This document shows positions 55,848-64,000 of a stretch of DNA of 64,000 bases, one piece after another. The notes under the pieces were generated by a model. It saw only the letters and a list, made by a program, of their open reading frames with translations. It ran no database searches and was not told the origin of the DNA. Numbering within the stretch: the stretch's first letter is position 1; every line of letters begins with the position of its first letter. The stretch comes from Nageia nagi (Eukaryota; Plantae; Pinophyta): contig JBITNC010000001.1 of assembly GCA_050084985.1 (NCBI GenBank), forward strand, positions 42,966,001-43,030,000. Direction: 5' to 3'. A program made the position numbers and the translations under genes.

Positions 55848-58800
55848 TTAAAGTTGAGAGGGCTGACCAAACAGTCTCTTAGCTTTAAATACTAAGCTTT
55901 AGCAACTCCTTTGGTGAAGATGTCTGCTATGTTGTCCAAACTATTACAGTACCTTAGCTCAATCACATTTTTCTCCACCATGTCTCTAATGAAATGATAC
56001 TTCATGTCGAAGTGCTTTGACTTGCTATGGTGGATAGGATTATATGCCAATTGAATGGCACTCATATTATCACAATACAGTATGGTAGGACCATTTTTTC
56101 ATTCTCATGTTTCTTCAAGAACCTTTCTTAGCCATAAGGCTTGGGCACTAGCATTGGTAATTTCTATGTACTCAGCCTCATTAGATGATAGTGCTACTAT
56201 GATTTGCTTTTTGGAACTCCAAGTGATTACCCCAGACCCAAGACTAAATTAGTTCCTTGAAATAGATTTCCTATCATCTATTTTGCTTCCCCAATCACTA
56301 TCACTAAAGCCAACTAACTTTACATCATCTTTTTTATGGTAATCAATCCCACAATCCATTGTACCATTTACATATCTTAGAATTCTTGTAGTTGCTTGAA
56401 GGTGTAGTTCAAATGGATCAACGATAAAACTAGATAATAAGAAATAGCATACTGAATATCTAGCCTTGTGTTGGTGAGAAACATCAAACTCCTAACCATG
56501 CTTCTATAACTGGTCTTGTCAACTTTTGATGCTCCATCATCTTTGCTTAGTTATATCCTATGCCCTATTGGAGTTGCAATTGGCTTGCATTTCTCCATGG
56601 CAAATTTCTTTATCATGTTTTGAGCATATTTGAATTGACATATGAAAATCTCATTTTTCTTTTGGTGTAGCTCTATTCCTAGGAAGTAACTCATCAAACC
56701 TAGATCCTTCCTTTCAAACTCTTTCATCATGGAGTTTTTGAACTCATCATTCATTTTAGCATTACTACCCATGAATATAATGTCATCCACATATAAAAGA
56801 ACAAGAAGGATGTATTTACCTTTATTCATGTAGTAGAGGGTGGGTTCATTTTTGCTCCTAGTTATTTCATAGTCCTGAAAGTAGCCATGAATGCGAGAGT
56901 ACCATGCTCTCGGTGCCTGTTTCATCCCATACAATGCTTTCTTAAGATTATAGACAATATTTCCCTTACCTTGTTCTTCAAAACCTTGAGGTTGTTGCAC
57001 AAAAACCTCTTCATTCAAGTACCCATTCAAAAAAGCACTTTTTAACATCCATATGATGAATGTTCCACCTTTTATGGACAACCAAAGGTTTCCTCATAGT
57101 CAATCTCATACTTTTGAGTAAACCCTTTTGCTACTAGTCTTTCCTTGTGTCTTTCAATGCTTCCATCAGCATTGATCTTGGTCTTATAGACCCATTTACA
57201 TCCAATACATTTCTTTCCCTTAGGAAGCTCCACTGGCTCCCATGTATCATTTTTTTTATGGATTATTTTTATTCTTTCATAGCTTGTTTCCATACATCAT
57301 GATTACATGCTTTTTCATAACTAGGTGACTCTAGCTCTACACTAGTCATTAAATCATAGTTTGCAATATCTCCCTTAGGATCTTGAGAGTCATCATCACC
57401 ATGCATGTGCAAATTTTCAAATCTTTTCAAGACTTCATTCATCTCACTAGCTTGGCTCCTAGTGTATCATCTTTGAAAATTTTTATCCAACATTTGTAAA
57501 GAAGGATGATATTGGAGTGTTCTTTTACCTCTTGTTGATTATGGTTTATCTTCTTCCATTTGCTTTGGAGAAGAACTTGATGCTCTTGGTGGTCCTTGTG
57601 GAGAATTTGGATTAGTACCTGGTATACTTGAAGTATAATTCCTCTTTGGACTTGGAGGAGGACTTGTATTGCTATTCTTGGTAATGGGTTGCACTTGGGA
57701 GGAAATTTCATCTTGAGATCCATCATCAACAAAGTGTTTTTGATGACCCCATATTCCCTCTTCATCAAAAATTACATCTCTTGAGATTACAACTTTGTGT
57801 GTTTTTGAATTGTAGAGTCTATATGTCTTTGAAGATTCATTATACCCAATGAATATACATGCTTGACTCTTGGGATCAAGTTTCCTCCTTTATTCATCAA
57901 GAATATGAGCATATGGAAGAAAACCAAAAACTTTGAAGTGTTTTACATTTGGCTTTTTGCCATACCATCCCTCATAGGGAGTTCTCCCATCTAAACTAGA
58001 AGTGGGACTTGTATTCAAAATGTAAACACTTGTTCTAACATCATCAGCCTAATACATGTTACTTAGCTTCTTTGTTTGGAGCATTGATCTAGCCATTTCT
58101 ACAATAGTGTGGTTCTTTCTTTTAGCCACACCATTCTATTGTGGGGTATAGGCGGTTGTTAATTATCGTTTAATCCCACATTCTTTACAAAATTGGAGAA
58201 ATGCATTTGAACGAAACTCCCTTCCTCTATCTATCCTCAAACATTTGATCACATAACCACCTTGATTCTCTACATTATTCTTGAAATCATTCAAAAGCCT
58301 GATCTTTAGATTTCAAAAAATAAATCTAGCAATATCTAGAGTAATCATCTATGAAGGTAAGAAAGTAAGTATTGTTACCCATGCTTTTGGTTTGCATTGG
58401 ACCACAAATATCCGAATGTACCAATTGTAGGGGATGACTTTCTCTCCATGCTTCACCTCTTGGAAACTTTGTTCTTGAGTGCTTTCCCAAAGCATATCCT
58501 TCACATACCTCTATGTGCTCTTCAACTTTTGGTAGTCCACACACCATAGCTTGAGAAGTTAACAACTTCAAGCTTGTATAATTAAGATGACCATATCTAA
58601 AGTGCCAAAGTACACTTGGATTTTCAATGGTTACATTAGCAAGTTGAGCACTTCCTTGTTCCCCAAATTTAAGAGGAAACAACCTATTCTTTGTCATAGG
58701 CACTTGTGTGACATTTCTATTACAATTGTTTTTGTCAGAAATTACACATTTTCCATCTCCAAAAACAAGCCTATAGTTCTTTTCCATCATTTTTCCTACA

Positions 58801-59950
58801 TTGAGTAAATTATGCTTGAGGTTAGGAGTGTAATAGATATTGTTTACCTTCTTTGTGCCTTCATTTGTTGGAACATCCATGGCTCCCATGCCTTCAACTT
58901 GTAGTGTCTTGTCATCTCCCAATTTGATCTTTGATTTGTATGTGGAATCCATTGTAGCAAATAACTCTTCTTTGCCACTCATATGATTCGAGAAACTAGA
59001 ATCCAAAAACCAAGTTTCTTTGAGATTTTGATCTGATTTTGCATAAGAAAGGAACAAATTTGAAGTCCCTTCCTCTTCACCATAGTTTCCATAATTATTA
59101 CCTCTTCCTTCTTGAGAAGCCTTGAGTCTATAATATCTTGCAAAGTGACCAAGTTTGCCACAATGATAGCAAGACTTGTTGGATTTGTCACCTTCTCTTC
59201 TTCTTCCTAGATTCTCACCTCTTGATCTACCTCTTCCTCTTCCTCTTGAAGGAGATTTGCTCTCCCTCTTCCTCTACCTCTTGCACTTGATTCACCTTCT
59301 TTGGATGTAAAGGCTTTTTCTTCCATATTTTAAACATTTGGAGTGTAATATCTTTCCCTGTGAGACATTAAGGAACCTATAATTCGATCATATGAGAGAG
59401 TTGTAAGATCCTTAGTCTCCTCAATTATGATAGAGATTTCTCTCCACTTGGGCAAAAGTGTCCTCAACACTTTCTTTTCAATGACTTCATTCTCCACTTT
59501 TTCACCAAAAACTCTCGTTTTGTCAACACATGCTTTGGTTCTCATGCAATAGTCTCCAACTTTTTCAGCCTCCTTCATCCTGAGATTTTCAAACTCCATT
59601 TTGAGAGTTTGTAATCTTACTTGGTTGACTTGGGTGTTGCCTTCATAGCTCTCTTTTAGAGCTTTCCATGCTGCTTTGGCTGAAGCACAACTTGCAATCC
59701 TTGGAAAGATTATCTCATCCAAGGCTGCTTGCAAGTAGAAGAGTGCCAAGCTATTCTTCTTTTGTGCCTCTCTCATTGTTTCTCTATTAGCAGCTGGAAC
59801 AGCACTCCAATCAGCAAGTTCAGCATAGTCATCCTCCACTATCTCCCAAGCACTTATGTTGATGAACAAATGCTTCATGTCGATGGACCAATACTCTTAA
59901 TTTTCACCTTTGAATTCTGGAATGGGTAAACTATTATTATTTGCAGCCAC
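55848..59950 (-). pseudogene. Copia C gag-pol, the best-preserved coding relic in the window
   Basis: PIPEFKGEN*EYW; gag ORF 59330-59878; CYHCGKLGHF knuckle; WFLDSSFSNHM, LWHFRYGHLN, LVHSDICGPM, FIDDYSR; KWVYKTK, LYVDD; SKHFDMKYHFIR, ADIFTK. Few stops or frameshifts. Confidence 0.95.
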
Positions 59951-60055
59951 TGTTTTAATGAAAATAGCTAAGCACTGCAGAAAGCAGCCTCACAACACTC
60001 CTTACTGACTGCAGTATTACGCAGCAACGGCACATTTCCAGCTAGATCACGGCTC

Positions 60056-60575
60056 CATTTCACTAGCAGCACATCGTGGGAAAAGTGCAGGAATGTAAAT
60101 AAAAGGATGTGGCCCCTTCTTTCACGATGGCTTCACCTCCCTTCATAAGCATGCACACTTGTTGCTCGGACACGCAACCTCACTTCACCATGCCAATGAA
60201 CTGCTCTCGACGCATTCAACAAGCTTCTCCTCACGTTGTTCAAACGTTCTTCTAACTCCAAGCTTCTCCTTTGCGGAACAAAATCTTACTGATAGGCTAT
60301 TATGTTCACGTCCAGTCTCCTTCAAATAGCAAACCACGTTCATGTCTAAATCTCGTGCTTCTCCACGTCCAATTTTGGGCTCTTTGTATGCAACTTTCTT
60401 CACGTTTGATAGCATGAAATGCATTCCAACTAATAACATTTCAGATGTTATGCAAGGTTAACCAAGAAGAAAAGGAGGCCCAAACAAAGCTTTTAGTTGG
60501 TGTTAATGAGAAGCATCATGAAATGCACTATGTAAGTCATTAATGATAACACAAAATACATTACAATTTATAACA
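60056..60575 (-). repeat. Truncated LTR-like, CpG-rich segment unrelated to the copia C 3' LTR
   Basis: Minus strand starts TGTTATAA; six ACGT cores at 60230-60410; abuts a partial PBS (GAGCC) of copia C. Confidence 0.5.
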
Positions 60576-61181
60576 CTTTGGTCATTATGTAAGGTTGACT
60601 ATGAAGAAAATAATCAAAGGAAGGATGAATAATAGCATTTGACTTGAACAATTACAATCGTAAAAAAAATATGGATATCAATGAAAATATTGCATTAGAT
60701 ACATTCTATACAAGAGATCAAGAGCGATTTAAGAGAGTAAAATAAAGGATCAAGATATGCAAACAATGATAAAGATTGACCAACAATCAAAATATTTGAT
60801 TGATCAATGAAGTAACTTAAATACATCGAATGGCACATATTTTTCAAAAATGAATTTTACATTATTTATACCTATCTCAACAAAATTTGGAAAAGAGAAC
60901 ATCAACATTTGAATTTAAGAATTTAAAAGAATAAGTATCAACATAGCATGCATTTAAAATATTTCAAGTTGAACCATGGGCTAAATGTACAGAAAAAGAA
61001 GCAAAATAATTGATATAGATAGGTAATTAAAAGGGCACATTCTTCCTTTAAACATTGGATTCAATTGGATGAACCCAAATTAATTTTATCTTTCAATTGT
61101 ATTGTATAACGTGTGCTTCATATCTCATTTGATCAATGATCACTTTCATGGCAGACCACTCCTCATTCTTGTTACCATATA

Positions 61182-61823
61182 TGTTAGGTTGTGGAGTCTA
61201 ATTGCATGGGAAGTTGATGTTTCCATTTTGGTGTGACTTCAGAAATAGAATTATACTCCAGTATGCATGATTTTGTGGATTTAATCTTAGCATGTGCATG
61301 CAAGAATAAAATTCAAGGTTGCATAGGAATTGGGTATTTTCTATTTATTATTAGTTCTCCATTAGTAAGCAGTGAGAATCATTATGTAATAGCCATTGTA
61401 TTAGGTTTCTTTGTGAGAGAGAGAAAAGATGTAAATGCTTGGAGACGTATGGTGATCCATATAATGTACTACAACATGGAGATGCAAGGTGATTCCATAG
61501 TGATGTAATGAACTTGGGTAGAACCATAAGTTAAGGGCTTGGTGTAGAGCCATATACAAGGTGATTCCATAGTGTATTGAGAGGAGGTTGCAATTGGTTG
61601 TGTTGTAGGATTATTCCTTCATGGAGATTGTATTGGTGTAATACAATGAACTATATATTTCTTAGTGGATGTAGCCCACATCAAGTGAACCAAGTTATAG
61701 GTTATGTTTTGTCTTATCTTGCATGCATGTTCTTTTCTCTTCTGTTGGTTCTAATATGATTCCATTTTTATTATTAGAAGGGTTTGCTCTCAAAATCTTA
61801 TTTTTATAAACTAGATCCTAACA
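61182..61823 (+). repeat. LTR1 (642 bp)
   Basis: TGTTAGG...CCTAACA termini. Confidence 0.93.
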
Positions 61824-62572
61824 ATTGGTATCAGAGTGTGTTGGAGGATCTCTCGAAAGGAAAGAAGGGTTTATTTGGTTCAAGTGGGAGCATGATAGAA
61901 GAAGGGAAGATATTCTTGAGAAAGTGTGGTGGGCTCATAACCCACTGATCTTAAAATGGAGATGAAGGAGACTATTTCTAAATGACTATGGATATGTGTT
62001 ATTGGATGATGATCATCCATGCAAGATTGTCGATATAGGCAACTTGGTTAAGCATGCATTTAGAATTTTGGAAGGCTTTGAATATGTGGCAATGAGATAG
62101 TTGGCCACTTCTCTTGCTCTCTCTTCTACAGTTTTGGATGTAGCTTGGATTGGAAAGAAGGTTTCCAATGTATTATTGTTCTTGATTAATGAAGACCAGA
62201 GATTGGAAAAGCAATCGGAGAAATGAAGAAAAACAATGTCTAGGGGGATGGACATGGCAAAGATCATGTTTCATTATGTGTAAGCACGCTATGGGCATAG
62301 TCATAGTTATGTGGATCTTGTTACAATTGGTGATAGTGAAATTATCATGATGCATGGGTGATAATGGAGATGTTGAAATATCATAGTTATGTTGTAGGTA
62401 AGATTAAATGTGTTGTTCATTTATCACAGGAGAAAGTGTGTGGATGACACTAGCGATGGTTCAGAACATGGATACAATCATCTAGAGGAGTTGACATTCC
62501 TTGTTTGGTTGAAGAGGTTCTTTGATGGTTACAACAGCGGTAGAGTTGTGAATCAGTGTCCAAGTGGGAGAT

Positions 62573-63341
62573 TGTTAGGTTGTGGAGTTTGATTGCATGG
62601 GAACTTGATGTTTCCAATTTGGTGTGACTCTAGGAATAGAATTATACTCCAATTGTGCATGATTTTGTGGATCTAATTTTAGCATGTGCATGCAAGAATA
62701 GAATCCAAAGTTGCATGGGAATTGGATATTTTCTATTTATTTTAAGTGCTCCATTAGTGAGCGATGAGGATCATTATATAATAGTCATTGTATTAGGTTT
62801 CTCTATGAGAGAGAAAGGATGTAGATGCTTGGAGATGCATGGTGATGCTCCTCCATTACATAGGATGCATGTAATGTACTATAGCATGTAGATACAAGGT
62901 GATTACATAGTGATTAATGAGCTTGGGTAGAACCCTAGGTTATGGGCTTGGTATAGAGCCATATGCTATGAGCTTTAGGTTAGAGTTATGGGTGAGCTTG
63001 GTAGAGAGCTTGCAAAAGGATTGCTTTATGCAAAGTTATAATCATGGTTAGAGTGATTATGTTGTGAGTGAGAAACTCATGGAAAGATACTAGTGTATTG
63101 AGAGGAGGTTGTAGTTGGTTGTGTTGCAGAATTATTCCTTCATGGAGATTGTATTGGTGTAATACAATGAACTAGATATTTCTTGGTGGATGTAGCCCAC
63201 ATCGGGTGAGCCATGTTATATGTTGTGTTTCTTATCTTGCATGCATATATTTTTCTCTTTTGTTAGTTCTAATATGTTTTTGTTTTTATTATTAGAAGGA
63301 TTTGCTCTCAAAATCGTATTTTTATATACTAGATCCTAACA
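62573..63341 (+). repeat. LTR2 (769 bp), shared between two units
   Basis: TGTTAGG...CCTAACA; PPT on the left and PBS on the right. Confidence 0.93.
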
Positions 63342-64000
63342 AATGGTATCAAAGGGTGTTGGAGGATCTCTTGAAAGGAAAGAAGGGTTTCTTTGGTTCG
63401 AGTGAAAGCATGAAAGAAGCAGCAAAGATATTCTTGAGAAGGCATGGTGGTCTCATAATCCATTGATCTTGGAATGGAGATGAAGGAGATTATGTTTAGG
63501 TGACTATGGACATGTGTATTGGATGATGATTATCCATGCAAAATTGTCAATATAGGCAAATTGGTTAAGCATGCATTCATAAATTTGGAAGGCTTTGGAT
63601 ATGGGGCAAAGAGATAGTTGGCCACTTCTCTTGTTCTTTCTTCTATAGTTTTGGATGTAGCTTGGATTGCAAAGAATGTTTCTAATTTATTGTTCTTGAT
63701 TGCGGAAGACTAAATATTGGCAAAGTAATGGGAGCAATGGAGAAAAAGAATGTCCAAGGGGATGGACATGTCACAATCATGTTACATTGTGTGAGCATGC
63801 TATGGGTGCAATCATAGTTATGTGGATCTTGTTACGAATGGTGATAGTGTAATCATCATGATGCATGGGCAATTATGGAGATGTTGAAATATCATAGTTA
63901 TGTGGTAGGTAAGATTATGTTGTTTGTTGAAGAAAGAAGAAAGTGTATGGATGACACTAGTGTTGTTTCAAAACATGGATACAACCATCTGGAGGAGTTA

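Larger units (their letters stand above)
61182..64000 (+). mobile_element. Tandem array of a miniature non-autonomous copia derivative (LTR-int-LTR-int, continues beyond window)
   Basis: LTR1 61182-61823, PBS 61826-61836, 749-bp internal region, PPT aagtgggaga, LTR2 62573-63341, second PBS 63344-63354, second internal copy to the window end. Confidence 0.93.

Noticed and set aside
60185-60439. 84-aa minus-strand ORF upstream of copia C gag
   Set aside because: It lies in an LTR-like segment with no recognisable homology.
61233-62891. Duplicated short ORFs (MHDFVDLILACACKN...)
   Set aside because: They lie within LTR copies, differ in length and frame, and contain no recognisable domain.

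Overview
AT-rich, strongly CpG/CHG-depleted plant nuclear DNA (gymnosperm-like by inference) made almost entirely of decayed, nested transposons. I found no intact host gene, RNA gene or CRISPR array. From left to right: (1) a Ty3/gypsy relic (1-3.5 kb); (2) a full-length Ty1/copia (3842-12973) with 489-bp LTRs, PBS, PPT and TSD, carrying a younger solo LTR in gag; (3) an L1 5' half followed by an RTEX-like LINE 3' end; (4) an intron-bearing hAT transposase relic; (5) a four-level nest at 27-51 kb: chromovirus-like gypsy > copia > Tat/Ogre-like gypsy > internally deleted copia derivative; (6) the best-preserved element, a minus-strand copia (55.6-60.0 kb) with anomalous ends; (7) a tandem LTR-internal-LTR-internal array of a miniature copia derivative that runs off the window. 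The most notable observations are a pol-less Tat-like element carrying gag plus an antisense, apparently intron-containing plant-mobile-domain (PMD) gene and a tRNA-Trp-like PBS, and several tandem arrays built from hairpin units in two related copia elements. All alignments and translations were done by eye, so relic boundaries are approximate.
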